Of a stretch of DNA of 61,396 nucleotides, positions 29,169 through 38,566 are shown one piece after another. This DNA is from a virus (lineage: Duplodnaviria; Caudoviricetes). The stretch covers positions 1 to 61,396 of IMG/VR virus record IMGVR_UViG_3300021433_000004. One strand, 5' to 3'. Position 1 is the first letter of the stretch. Each line of letters begins with the position of its first letter. Below the pieces are notes generated by a model. The model was not told where the DNA came from. It worked only from the letters and a program-made list of their open reading frames with translations, and did no database searches. A program made the position numbers and the translations under genes.

Positions 29169-30748
29169 CGCTGCGACCCCTCAATGGCAGTTTCCAGTTC
29201 ATGCCCGTGCTGCCATTCTTCATCGGAAATCGAATCCTCGGGGCTGATGACTGGTTTCACTGGCACGCGCTTCCCGTTCACTACTTTCGCAACCAGCGTG
29301 GAGTTCTGCCGCAGCGTGTTCCATGCCTTGCCCTTAGATGAAGCTGATTCAAAGGCCGCCGCTTGTTCTGGGCTCACGTCGCCATGGATGTAGTGCGCCC
29401 CGGTCTGCGTCACAGATTCAAACTCCTGCGTCTGGGGGTCGTATTTGAATGACTTTAAGGCCGAAGACTCTACCGGGATATGCCCTGCCGGAAGGTCCGA
29501 GGGTTTCGCTCGTTTGGCTGCTTCCTGCAATTGCTGGCTGAGAGTCCATTCGGGATGCTCGGATTTTACTTGCGCCATAATGCCCGTATCGCGCGATGCT
29601 CCCGCTGCGGTCCCTGCCGTCTGTTTTGGCGTTACAATCCCTTGATTCTTTAATGGCACGTTCGGCTCCAATTCCTTCCCACCCAAGCCCTGGTTCAGCA
29701 AATCGCCCAGTTTGGCAATGTTATTCGCTCGTTCGGTGAGTTCCGAAAGCGAAGTCTTTGGGCCTAACTCCTGCAATGCCTGATTCACGGCCTTTGGAGG
29801 CAGTTCCATGATGGTTTTATTCGGGATAGACGCAAGAGCATCAGACTGACTGGCGGCTGGCTTTGCGCCCTCCGCCAAGGCGTTTCCCTGAATCAGTTCA
29901 GGGGCAGGAGCCTCGGGCTGCGTAGCGGGCGCATTTGTGCCCTTGCCGCCGAATATCGGCTGGTTAGCCCGCTCTGGCCCTAAAACCCCTTCTGCGAGGC
30001 CACCGCCCGTTTTAGCGCCATAGTAAGCACCGGGGGCAGACAATGTGCCATGCCCGAGTCCTGCCCCTGTAGCGGCTCCTAATGCTTGCCCTGCCTGCTT
30101 TGGCGTAACGTTCTGGACGGTCCTCGTCACATCTTCCAGGGAGGGTGCCGCTGCAGCTACTTCCCCAGCAGCCCTCGTTGCTCCTGCCGTAGCCGCTGCT
30201 ACTGCCGGGACCGTCACTGCACTGCCAATGACCTTCCCCGGATTCCCTTCTTTTGCCGCTTGCTCCTGCTGGGCTACCGGATCGCCGATCATTTCCATGG
30301 CCGATGCGCCCAGATCATACAAATGCCCGTGTTCTTTCACGCGCTCGGCACTCTGAGCATCCTTCGCCGCCGCCTGCTGCGAATACAGTTTCCATTTTTC
30401 ATCATCCGACAAGGGAGTGCTGGTATCGCCCAGCATCTTAGCGATTGGCGAGCCTTGCGCCATGGGATCAGGGGTAGCTAAGGCTTTCGGGATTCCCGTG
30501 ATATTGTCCCAGAGAGTTTTCCCGGCCTCTTTCCACCAAGGTGCAATCGGTTGCTCCGAAAGTGGCTGCACCTTTGCCCCCGCCTTCACAGCATCCAAAT
30601 ACCTGTCCGCTGGCACGACTCCCGGCGTCCCGTCTGGGGCGGTGATATGCACTCCGGGCTTGGCTCCAGCGCCAACCGCCGCTTGCAGTTTGTCAGCGGG
30701 AATATCGCCCAAAGTCCCGTCAGGCGCGAATATGGGTACTGTACTCAT
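29165..30748 (-). CDS. DNA ejection/internal virion protein with C-terminal KTSC domain
   Basis: Position after other ejection genes; VESSALKSFKYDPQTQ...GAHY...VSPE...ASSKGKAWN. Confidence 0.7.
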   Translation of the reverse strand: MSTVPIFAPDGTLGDIPADKLQAAVGAGAKPGVHITAPDGTPGVVPADRYLDAVKAGAKVQPLSEQPIAPWWKEAGKTLWDNITGIPKALATPDPMAQGSPIAKMLGDTSTPLSDDEKWKLYSQQAAAKDAQSAERVKEHGHLYDLGASAMEMIGDPVAQQEQAAKEGNPGKVIGSAVTVPAVAAATAGATRAAGEVAAAAPSLEDVTRTVQNVTPKQAGQALGAATGAGLGHGTLSAPGAYYGAKTGGGLAEGVLGPERANQPIFGGKGTNAPATQPEAPAPELIQGNALAEGAKPAASQSDALASIPNKTIMELPPKAVNQALQELGPKTSLSELTERANNIAKLGDLLNQGLGGKELEPNVPLKNQGIVTPKQTAGTAAGASRDTGIMAQVKSEHPEWTLSQQLQEAAKRAKPSDLPAGHIPVESSALKSFKYDPQTQEFESVTQTGAHYIHGDVSPEQAAAFESASSKGKAWNTLRQNSTLVAKVVNGKRVPVKPVISPEDSISDEEWQHGHELETAIEGSQR

Positions 30749-32574
30749 TGGTTCCTAGCGGTGCCGCCAAACTGCGAGAAGAAATCCTTCGCGGGACTGG
30801 CGTTTTGATTTCCGCCTCCCGTCTTCATGCGGTTCTGAATATCATTGATTTGCTCTTGGTAGGCTTGGTGACGATTGCCCATGTCCTGCCGCAAAACGCT
30901 GGCTGCGGAGGCGATCTGGCGGAGCGTCGCGTTGGGGCCGATCAGCCCTTCGACTTCATGCCGCGCCGAATCCGAGAGAACGCCGGAAGCGTTCGATGAG
31001 TTCAGTACTTTGGCGATTTCTGTTACTGCTGTCTGCCGTGCGGCATTGAATGCTGCCTGATCTGCACTGCCCAAGGCCCCAGCATCCACTTTCCGCAGCG
31101 GAGTGTTAATCCAAGGCGAGCCTGAATCCAGAATGGGTTTAGCGGTTTGCAAGAACAAATCGAGGTTCTTTCCTGCTGTGTTCTCGAAGGCCGTAACCTG
31201 ATCGAAGTTCGTCTGAATCTTGCCGAGAGACTGCTGGTTGGCTTTGAATGCTGCTGAGTTTTCGGCCAGACTAGCACCAGGATGAAGCTCTCCAGCCCGA
31301 TTCATCAACTCACGGTTCAATGCGATGCCGCTGATTCCGCGCCCCAACTGCGGGAGTTGGCCGGAGGTGTAATACTTCTCCGCCGCTTGATCAAACGCTT
31401 CCTGCGTCATGCCGAAGTGCTTGGCCGTGTCCGCCGGAGTCCCTCCAGTCGGCGCTCCAGGAACTCCCGCCCCACTCTCCAAAGCATATCGAGTGTTGAT
31501 TGGCAGAGTAGATTTGTAGTGCAGGAAGTCCGCTGGCCCTTTCCCCGGATGATCCTTGATCCAGTCCTGCATTTCCTGCATCTCTACGGGCGCAACGCCG
31601 TGAATCATCTGTCCGGTCTTGAAATTGACGAGCGTTCCCTCTCCCGCTGGTTTCCACTGCGAGGCTTCCGCTTCCGCTTGAGCCTTATTCCCCTCAGATG
31701 TTGCCTTTGCCAATTCAGCAGCCTTCTGCTGCTGGCTCAGTAATTCTGCGTGAAGCCCCGCTCCAGCTTCGGCCTGATCTAAATCCGAAGTATCCGTCAG
31801 CGTCGGCTTGAATTGCCCAATTGGAATCCCCATTCGTGCCGCGCGAACTAAAAATTGCTGATAGGCAGCTTGCGCTTCGGGAGTAATAGGCTTCGGAGCC
31901 TTTGCCGCATCTTGCAAGGCAGATTCCGTTCCCGTAGGTGCTGTTCCCGGTTCTGGTGCTCCTAGAGATACTGGGGAACCCGGCTGCGCTGCCCCGATCT
32001 CTGGCGGACGTGCAATATCTTGCGGAATGCCCTGCGGCTGTGCGCCTTGAGGAGTTACAGTTTGCGGCGTGCCTCCTGCATTCTGCGGAACTACCGTAGC
32101 CCCGCCCGTCTGTTTCGAGAGTGCCTTATCGTTCGCATCCCGGACGGATTCAATGCCATCAACCAAAAATCCATTAACCTTCTGCTGATGCTCGATCTGG
32201 GCATCGCCCAGGCCGATTAAAGACTTTTGCATCTCGGCCTGCTTCATTCGCATGGCCTGAATGGACATCGGATCGGCCCCGCCTTGCAGCATGGCATTGT
32301 ACAGACCTTCCGTATCGAATCCCGTAGGCTTCCCGTTCTCATCCTTCTGCACAAATTGGGGAGCCAAAGACCGCCGCAATTGCTCATCTTTCAGCTGCAT
32401 AGCCTGCATCTGGCCTTGCTGCTGGGTGAGCTGAGTCTGTGCCTGAATCTGCTGGCGCTGTGCGGCCTGCGTCTGAAGCTGCGAAGCTCTTTCAAACTCC
32501 GCGAGAGCGTTTGGCGGAGGCGAGGCTGGAGCCTGTGCAATATCAAGAGCCGGGAGGGGAATATTCGTGCCCAT
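30745..32574 (-). CDS. DNA ejection/internal virion protein
   Basis: Gln/Ala-rich helical 609 aa protein in the P22 gp20/gp16 position. Confidence 0.7.
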   Translation of the reverse strand: MGTNIPLPALDIAQAPASPPPNALAEFERASQLQTQAAQRQQIQAQTQLTQQQGQMQAMQLKDEQLRRSLAPQFVQKDENGKPTGFDTEGLYNAMLQGGADPMSIQAMRMKQAEMQKSLIGLGDAQIEHQQKVNGFLVDGIESVRDANDKALSKQTGGATVVPQNAGGTPQTVTPQGAQPQGIPQDIARPPEIGAAQPGSPVSLGAPEPGTAPTGTESALQDAAKAPKPITPEAQAAYQQFLVRAARMGIPIGQFKPTLTDTSDLDQAEAGAGLHAELLSQQQKAAELAKATSEGNKAQAEAEASQWKPAGEGTLVNFKTGQMIHGVAPVEMQEMQDWIKDHPGKGPADFLHYKSTLPINTRYALESGAGVPGAPTGGTPADTAKHFGMTQEAFDQAAEKYYTSGQLPQLGRGISGIALNRELMNRAGELHPGASLAENSAAFKANQQSLGKIQTNFDQVTAFENTAGKNLDLFLQTAKPILDSGSPWINTPLRKVDAGALGSADQAAFNAARQTAVTEIAKVLNSSNASGVLSDSARHEVEGLIGPNATLRQIASAASVLRQDMGNRHQAYQEQINDIQNRMKTGGGNQNASPAKDFFSQFGGTARNQ

Positions 32575-32576
32575 GA

Positions 32577-33485
32577 TTAGAAACTCGGTAGCCCTGACAG
32601 ATTCGGTTCGCCCGGAATCCCCGTCACGCCGTTATAAGGCGAGGGAGCCGTGATGTTTGAGTAAGGATTCGCCACGGGCATGTACTGCGGGCTATTCAAG
32701 GCCGAATCGGGAACTCCGCCTACACTGCCGCCTGTAAACGATCCCGTCGGGTAATTCATATTGCTCATGTTTTGCAGGGCAAAGCCTTGATCTATGCTGC
32801 TCGCAATCCCGTTGTACATGCCTGAATAAGCATTCGCGGCCCCAATGTAGCCCGAAGCTGCTGCCGCACCCTGATTGTTAAGCTGCGAGGCTTGCTGCTG
32901 CCCGCCCGTCAGATAGAGATTTGAGAGATTGTTTGCCGCCGCCTGTCCAAATTGCCCTAACTGGCCCGTGGATGTAAGCCCGGTATTGACTCCGCCCGCT
33001 GCGGCTCCGAGATTCGTATTGTACTGCTGTAAAGCGTTGTTATAAGCCTGCTGATAGGTGTTCGTTGCCAGCCCTTGCCCATATTTTTGTAACGCAACGC
33101 CCGTATTCCCGGAATTAAGATTGCCTGTAGCCGCAGCCTGCTCATTGATGGCCTGTGTGCCCTGCTGGAGATTGAACTGATACCCCGGCGTAGCTTCCGC
33201 CTGAGCGAGCGTGGGCGCAGTGAATGGATGCTGGAGTAACTGTGAATATGCATTTGCCGCTGTGCTGCCAAGCTGCTGATATGGCTGTTCTGCTTGCTGC
33301 TGCTGCTGCCATTCCTGATTCTGAAAATTGATGCCCGATTGCTGATTCTGGAGTTCAAGCTGCTGCGCCTGTTGCGCCTTCGTCTCTTGTACTTGGGCAG
33401 CAGACTGCGCGGCATCAGCTTTCGTGACGCCTCCAGCGACCGCTGCGGCAATTCCGACGGCCGCTACGGTTGCCATGATACTCAA
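32577..33485 (-). CDS. P22 gp7-like DNA ejection (pilot) protein; alternative start ATG 33476
   Basis: Hydrophobic Ala/Gly N-terminus; QPYQQLG...TPGYQFNLQQG...AAATGNLNSGNT..ALQKYGQGLA. Confidence 0.85.
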   Translation of the reverse strand: MSIMATVAAVGIAAAVAGGVTKADAAQSAAQVQETKAQQAQQLELQNQQSGINFQNQEWQQQQQAEQPYQQLGSTAANAYSQLLQHPFTAPTLAQAEATPGYQFNLQQGTQAINEQAAATGNLNSGNTGVALQKYGQGLATNTYQQAYNNALQQYNTNLGAAAGGVNTGLTSTGQLGQFGQAAANNLSNLYLTGGQQQASQLNNQGAAAASGYIGAANAYSGMYNGIASSIDQGFALQNMSNMNYPTGSFTGGSVGGVPDSALNSPQYMPVANPYSNITAPSPYNGVTGIPGEPNLSGLPSF

Positions 33486-33976
33486 GTTAGTTTATAGCCT
33501 TTCTTGTGAACTGCATACGCTGCTTTGCGCTGATTAGCACGTTGCTCTTTGCGAGTAGACCACTTCACATTTCCCGGCTCGTAGTGGCCATCGTTGTTGA
33601 TTCGGTCGATGGTCATTCCTTCTGGGCGAGGACCGACCTCTTTATAGAACTGCTCAAAAGAGGTGAAGCGGAACTCGATCCCGCGACCGCCATAATATTG
33701 GAATGCGATATGGGCAGGTTTCGTGCACCGCCTCCGCGCCTCGATGTAAACCTTGTATTCCCGGCTCCGTGAAAGCCCATGCGTCGAACCAAAGCGAAAT
33801 GCCGAACATCCGCACGATTGATGATTGCCGGAAGTTAGGGCGGAACTTTCTAGATAAACGAGCTTGCCGCATTCACAGTTACACAGCCACATTACACGTT
33901 GGCGTTTAGAGTGACCCACCGGCCATCTCGCGTTTAACTTCCCGAATTTCTTGTTTTCTAAATCTAGGATAGGCAT
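33482..33976 (-). CDS. HNH-family homing endonuclease
   Basis: WLCNCECG, SCGC, YYGGRGI, TIDRINNDGHYEPGNVKW. Confidence 0.9.
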   Translation of the reverse strand: MPILDLENKKFGKLNARWPVGHSKRQRVMWLCNCECGKLVYLESSALTSGNHQSCGCSAFRFGSTHGLSRSREYKVYIEARRRCTKPAHIAFQYYGGRGIEFRFTSFEQFYKEVGPRPEGMTIDRINNDGHYEPGNVKWSTRKEQRANQRKAAYAVHKKGYKLT

Positions 33977-33985
33977 GGGGATAGT

Positions 33986-34444
33986 TTACCGCAGCAGCTT
34001 TTGTCTCACGATATCAGTTTTCTCCCAACCTAGAGCCTCCAACAGAGGGCCGCTTTCGTGATGCACCTTTGTGCTGATTGAAGCCTTCACTACGCCTAAC
34101 TCTCGCAAGGCTTGCTCTGCGGCCCTTAACAATCGAACGCCTGCTCCGCCTCGGCGTTCCGATGGCATGATGTAAAACATGTCCGTAGTGGCAACTTTCC
34201 CGGCATCTCGATTGTGCGGATGATGAGCGAGGACGATTGCCACCAGATATCCGATGAGAGCGCCGTCCCGCCTTCCTGCCACCACCAGCAAATATCCTTT
34301 GCGCTCCAAATCCGCATAGGCATCATTATCCAGCCCCATTGGCATTGCTTCTTTATGTAAGGCGAGTTCATCGTAATGGACTTTGAAAATCTCCTGCCCA
34401 TCGCGCCAGAGATCGGCCCAGGTTTCACGCTCGAACGTCAGCAT
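33986..34444 (-). CDS. GNAT family acyl/acetyltransferase
   Basis: DMFYIMPSERRGGAGVRLLRAAE motif A; LEALGW. Confidence 0.88.
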   Translation of the reverse strand: MLTFERETWADLWRDGQEIFKVHYDELALHKEAMPMGLDNDAYADLERKGYLLVVAGRRDGALIGYLVAIVLAHHPHNRDAGKVATTDMFYIMPSERRGGAGVRLLRAAEQALRELGVVKASISTKVHHESGPLLEALGWEKTDIVRQKLLR

Positions 34445-34658
34445 TCGCCTGCCAGTGATGGAATTGGAACAGATGCTCAAGGTCGTGAAACGTTATGGCC
34501 TTGGAAATGATCGCATCGGTCAAGGCGACATTGAATTCCTTTTCGCAGCGCTGGATGAATTGCAGATATTCCAGTGAATCTATGGCCGAATCTTCGATTA
34601 CGTCCGAGAGTGCGATTTTGCCATCGAACTCATCCGCTAAGAGTTCTTTGAAGGTCAT
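34425..34658 (-). CDS. Acyl carrier protein
   Basis: 77 aa, acidic; DSAIDSLEYLQFIQRCEKEFNVALTD matches the ACP DSL...ExEF...D pattern (Ser28); ATGA overlap with the upstream gene. Confidence 0.8.
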   Translation of the reverse strand: MTFKELLADEFDGKIALSDVIEDSAIDSLEYLQFIQRCEKEFNVALTDAIISKAITFHDLEHLFQFHHWQANADVRA

Positions 34659-34999
34659 GAGTGCCCCACGACGTACCATGCCGTCCCATCAGACTTGAAC
34701 TTCACAAAAGAATACTGTGCGGTCAAAGTTTGCGGCCCATCCGCTGCCCCGGTGATCGTCGCTGCATTCGCATCAGACGACACCTTTTTGTAGGTTAGTT
34801 CTGAATTTTGGTTTGTCTGCCCTGTAGTGCCAATCAATCCTGCTGCGGGAAGCGGAATGGAGTCAGCGCCCTTGGAGCTATCGATTGTGATCAGCGGAGA
34901 TGCCTGCTGCGTTTCCAATTCCCAATATTGCATCTGATCGGAAATGTTTGAGTTTCGCAGGGGTGGCTCGCGGCGAACTGTTTGCGTAACTGACATCAA
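34655..34999 (-). CDS. Small tail protein (P22 gp26 needle position)
   Basis: Directly after the gp10-like gene; LTAQYSFVKFKSDGTAWYVV fibre-type motif. Confidence 0.65.
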   Translation of the reverse strand: MMSVTQTVRREPPLRNSNISDQMQYWELETQQASPLITIDSSKGADSIPLPAAGLIGTTGQTNQNSELTYKKVSSDANAATITGAADGPQTLTAQYSFVKFKSDGTAWYVVGHS

Positions 35000-36528
35000 C
35001 TTATCTTCCTGTACTGCTCCGAAAGCCGTTCGCCCTGCGGATAAATCGGCTTGCCTTCGCTATTCGCCTCCACGTACCCATCCAGAATCCTGAAAGGCAC
35101 TGGGTCAGTCCAGATGATGCGGAATTGCCGTTTACGCGCTCGCCCCAGCATGACCTTGCGAACGCGCTTGCCGTACTCTCCAGCCTGCCCGCAATCGAGA
35201 TAAAATACATTTCCCCAAGTCTTGCCGCCATTATTCGACCACTGAAGCATCAATTGCGGTCCTCTGGGCTGGCCGTTTCCATCTAGCAGCGGAGGGATCG
35301 GCCCTAACCCTGCCTCTACCAAGAACTCTGCCAGACTGAAATAGATCCAGCGATTCTCGTTCATGATCGTAGGACTTTGCCGGAAACGCCGCATCACATT
35401 CCCGAAGTCCATGGAAATATTCATGGACTGCTGGTAGATGTTACCCGAGGCCCAATCGCCCACAAGATGCATCCCGGCAAAGAACATATGCGAGGTAGCG
35501 CGATGGGCCGAATAGGTTCCCGTATTCTGATTCCAGAAGCCCCACTCTGACCAAGTAGAGGAAGAAAAGTTATAGGCCCAGGTCTTATTTGCCGAAGGGA
35601 ATCGGATCACCCAAAAGTTATGCCCTTCCTCCTGATAGGTATAAGCCACGGCATCGGCAATCGTTGGATAGTTCTGCCACGCAAACTCCACGGCAAGCGT
35701 AGAGATGCGAATGCCGATATAATTTCCCATCATCTTCGCGATGCCCTGCCCGCGGTCATTTGCCTCAATCCATGCAATCGTATCGTTCACCTGAACCGTG
35801 CCGAACGTTGCCCCGCAGCCATCTTCGAGGAATGCCGCCTGAATCGGAATGAAGGGCGGGAACCCTGCACCGGAATTGTAGTAAGCAATCGTCTTCTTCG
35901 GCGAGAGAAACCAGACTTCGCGGTGATCTACCTTCATCGAAACGATATTGTCCGGAAAGTAAGAAATTGTCGAGATAAACAGACCGTTCCACGTCGTACC
36001 GTCTTCCAGATTCGAGACTTGGAAGGTGTTCGAGTTCTGAATCACGGCAAAGAAGTAGCCATCGCAGAAATCAATCTGGAGGACTGGACCATTGAACTGC
36101 GCCATATCCACGGCAAGGAAGCTATTCGGTGGATGAAAAACTCCATTTGAGTCTGTAACACCAACCAAAACGAAGACGTAGAGATCGCCATTCGAGAGAA
36201 TCAGTAAATGGGTTTGACAGCAGCAAATCTGCGTAGGCGTGAGGGGAGGGCCGTTCAAGGTGCCCCAGTTTGTGTACGTGCCATTCGCCAAGAGCTCATA
36301 GAAGCTCGCGCCAGCTACAAAGGCTCGGCCATTGACTTCAAACTCGCCCGGAATCGCTGTCTCTGGCAGGCTATACTTGATAGCCAGGCCGGGACGGTCA
36401 TAAATCGTCATGCCAGACGTTGCTCCCGAAGTCTCGGGCTGGACGCAAAAACCATTTACCAGCGCCTCATTGTCGCTAATGGGCGAGCGCAGCGTGTAAC
36501 TCGGTCCTGCGAGTCCGTAGCGAGCCAT
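34996..36528 (-). CDS. P22 gp10-like tail hub / DNA stabilization protein
   Basis: 510 aa beta-rich; YQEEGHNFWVIRFP..NKTW; LQWSNNGGKTW...GQAGEY...LG. Confidence 0.88.
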   Translation of the reverse strand: MARYGLAGPSYTLRSPISDNEALVNGFCVQPETSGATSGMTIYDRPGLAIKYSLPETAIPGEFEVNGRAFVAGASFYELLANGTYTNWGTLNGPPLTPTQICCCQTHLLILSNGDLYVFVLVGVTDSNGVFHPPNSFLAVDMAQFNGPVLQIDFCDGYFFAVIQNSNTFQVSNLEDGTTWNGLFISTISYFPDNIVSMKVDHREVWFLSPKKTIAYYNSGAGFPPFIPIQAAFLEDGCGATFGTVQVNDTIAWIEANDRGQGIAKMMGNYIGIRISTLAVEFAWQNYPTIADAVAYTYQEEGHNFWVIRFPSANKTWAYNFSSSTWSEWGFWNQNTGTYSAHRATSHMFFAGMHLVGDWASGNIYQQSMNISMDFGNVMRRFRQSPTIMNENRWIYFSLAEFLVEAGLGPIPPLLDGNGQPRGPQLMLQWSNNGGKTWGNVFYLDCGQAGEYGKRVRKVMLGRARKRQFRIIWTDPVPFRILDGYVEANSEGKPIYPQGERLSEQYRKIS

Positions 36529-36723
36529 TTACTGCGCGTCCTCCTCGTAATCACATTCAACCGTCAGGCCGTCATTGTCATACTTTTCAATGAACCAATG
36601 ATTGCCTTCGCCCGGACAGGTCCGAGAGAAGTAGAACTTCTCCTGGATGGTCACCGACGCGTGAGGCGGAGCAATGGCCGTGACAGCCCAGAGCACGCCT
36701 CCGATTACGAGAATTGCCCTCAT
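36529..36723 (-). CDS. Small exported hypothetical protein
   Basis: Hydrophobic leader, one Cys pair, ATGA overlap. Confidence 0.5.
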   Translation of the reverse strand: MRAILVIGGVLWAVTAIAPPHASVTIQEKFYFSRTCPGEGNHWFIEKYDNDGLTVECDYEEDAQ

Positions 36724-36908
36724 TTCAGTTTCAATTGCACCAATTGCGAAAGGTTTGGCGTTACGTACTTCGCCACAAACTCCGCTTGCGGCAGTTCCAA
36801 GTCCGCACGTGGCACTTTTACCGTTGCCCAAGTGGCCGAGAGCGTGACATTCTGCTTTTCTTTGGGATCGTGCAATCGGATGGTTAGCGTAAGGCTGTCA
36901 TCTGGCAT
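36720..36908 (-). CDS. Hypothetical protein
   Basis: AGGA RBS, 62 aa. Confidence 0.6.
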   Translation of the reverse strand: MPDDSLTLTIRLHDPKEKQNVTLSATWATVKVPRADLELPQAEFVAKYVTPNLSQLVQLKLK

Positions 36909-37070
36909 TGCTTCCTGCTTTCATTGCCGTGCTTCCAGCACTGCCGGCAGAGATCGTGCTGATGGGCTTCCCGGCCCGTCATATAGCCAGTCCACTTTTT
37001 ACCGTTTGCGATCTGGGCAGGCCGCTTGCCGCACTCGGAACAAAGTCTTTTATGCACATGCGTTTAACAC

Positions 37071-37874
37071 TTACCATGATCTGCTGCGGTAATTGAACGT
37101 TGTGCTTCGCAGATCATTGTCCGCACCCGGTATGCCCGAGTCCCGAGTATTCATGCGCGGCGGCGTATTGTTTAGCCCAAAGACCCCCGCTCTTGCTGCC
37201 GCTGCCTGCAATTTCAGTTCGGGATTTGCCGCTAATTGTGCACCTGAGAGTAATGACTCAGCCAGACTCAGCATCAGTGCATTGCGGTAACCGGGAGGTA
37301 TCGTGCCAATCGTTGTGTTCGGGCCGCCAATCGGATCGGTAATCGAGGCAAACTGACTCAGCAAGGACCATGTTTCTAACTGAGTTTGATAGGCCGTCGT
37401 CGGAATCGGCCAGTAGAACAAAGAACCATTCGGGAATGTAGGATTGTAGTACAAGTCCGTGGGCTGCGAACTCGTTAATTGCTGAATCGTATTGCCCATC
37501 CACCATTCCTCATCGCGCAAGGTCAATGGAATTGAGACGAAGGGCTGCGGAGTATTATTCAGAATCACCGTTGCCCGGACAATCTTTACCGGTCGCTGCG
37601 GAACTACAAACGTGGCGCCCGGCGCAGGCCCAATCAGATGCGGCGAGAGATTGGGAACCAGCGTATAGATCGCAAGATTCTGGGCATAGACGTAGTTCTT
37701 TTTCGTTGCCCAGGTATCGAGCAGGTAATTGACCTTGCGAAAGGCCCACTGCGCCGTATCCGAATCAATCGTATCTCCCGGTGATTGTATGCCCGTTTCA
37801 ATCAGGGCATCCGAGATCAGATCAAGTACGGTGTAGGTGAGCGGGCCTTCCCCAATAGGCGGCGTAATCGGCAC
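37071..37874 (-). CDS. P22 gp4-like head-to-tail connector
   Basis: TVLDLISDALIETG...LLDTW...IPPGYRNALMLSLA. Confidence 0.8.
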   Translation of the reverse strand: MPITPPIGEGPLTYTVLDLISDALIETGIQSPGDTIDSDTAQWAFRKVNYLLDTWATKKNYVYAQNLAIYTLVPNLSPHLIGPAPGATFVVPQRPVKIVRATVILNNTPQPFVSIPLTLRDEEWWMGNTIQQLTSSQPTDLYYNPTFPNGSLFYWPIPTTAYQTQLETWSLLSQFASITDPIGGPNTTIGTIPPGYRNALMLSLAESLLSGAQLAANPELKLQAAAARAGVFGLNNTPPRMNTRDSGIPGADNDLRSTTFNYRSRSW

Positions 37875-37875
37875 G

Positions 37876-38346
37876 TTAACTCAGGACGACGGCGGCCGAG
37901 GTGAGCACAGGAGTGACGGGAGTGATGGTAAGCACATCCGGGGTAGCCGTGATGACTACTCCATCAGGCCGAGTGATTGTGGCGCTAATCTGATCGCCGG
38001 AGGCCGCCGATGCCGCCAGCGCAGCGATAGTATCCGAACCGTCAGGATTGACTGGACTAAAGGATTCATCTGCCGGAGCCGAAGAAGCATAGGCTACCGT
38101 ATAGGTCGCGTCAAGAGTGAAGGGCTTGCCATTCTGGTCAAGGCCCACGATAGCAGCATTAGCAGTGCCGCCGACTGGAATAGTTTTTGGCATTACAATT
38201 ATCCTCGCATGAGTGAGACGTGGTTTTTGCCGTAGAAGGGTCAGGACTTCATTGAGGCGCAGGATCAGTATTCCAGCATCTGCTCGAATGCCGCTCAGAA
38301 GTGCGACGACTTCCCTTTGAAAAACTCTTAATTCCGGATCGGTCAT
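37876..38346 (-). CDS. Virion protein with Ig-like C-terminal half
   Basis: GLDQNGKPF...ISATIT...VLTIT beta-sandwich pattern. Confidence 0.6.
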   Translation of the reverse strand: MTDPELRVFQREVVALLSGIRADAGILILRLNEVLTLLRQKPRLTHARIIVMPKTIPVGGTANAAIVGLDQNGKPFTLDATYTVAYASSAPADESFSPVNPDGSDTIAALAASAASGDQISATITRPDGVVITATPDVLTITPVTPVLTSAAVVLS

Positions 38347-38350
38347 CGGC

Positions 38351-38566
38351 TTATACGAATGTCCATTCCCCGTTAACCAGTTTCCATTCTTTCGCAGCCG
38401 TCGCTTCCTTCGCTTTCACTTCCGCGGCATTTGCATCCAGATCAGCCGCGCTCGGCAAGGACAGCTCCTCGTCTTTGGAATTGACGATCCTTCCGCCAAC
38501 CATTTTCGGGTATTCCTTGTACTCGTAGGGTACGGGCGCATTGATGTTTCCCGGCTTGTTAGACAT
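38351..38566 (-). CDS. Small head-region protein
   Basis: EYPKM motif shared with the neighbouring gene; overlaps it. Confidence 0.6.
   Translation of the reverse strand: MSNKPGNINAPVPYEYKEYPKMVGGRIVNSKDEELSLPSAADLDANAAEVKAKEATAAKEWKLVNGEWTFV

Noticed and set aside
36208-37092. 294-aa plus-strand ORF
   Set aside because: Antisense shadow of tail genes with no recognisable motifs
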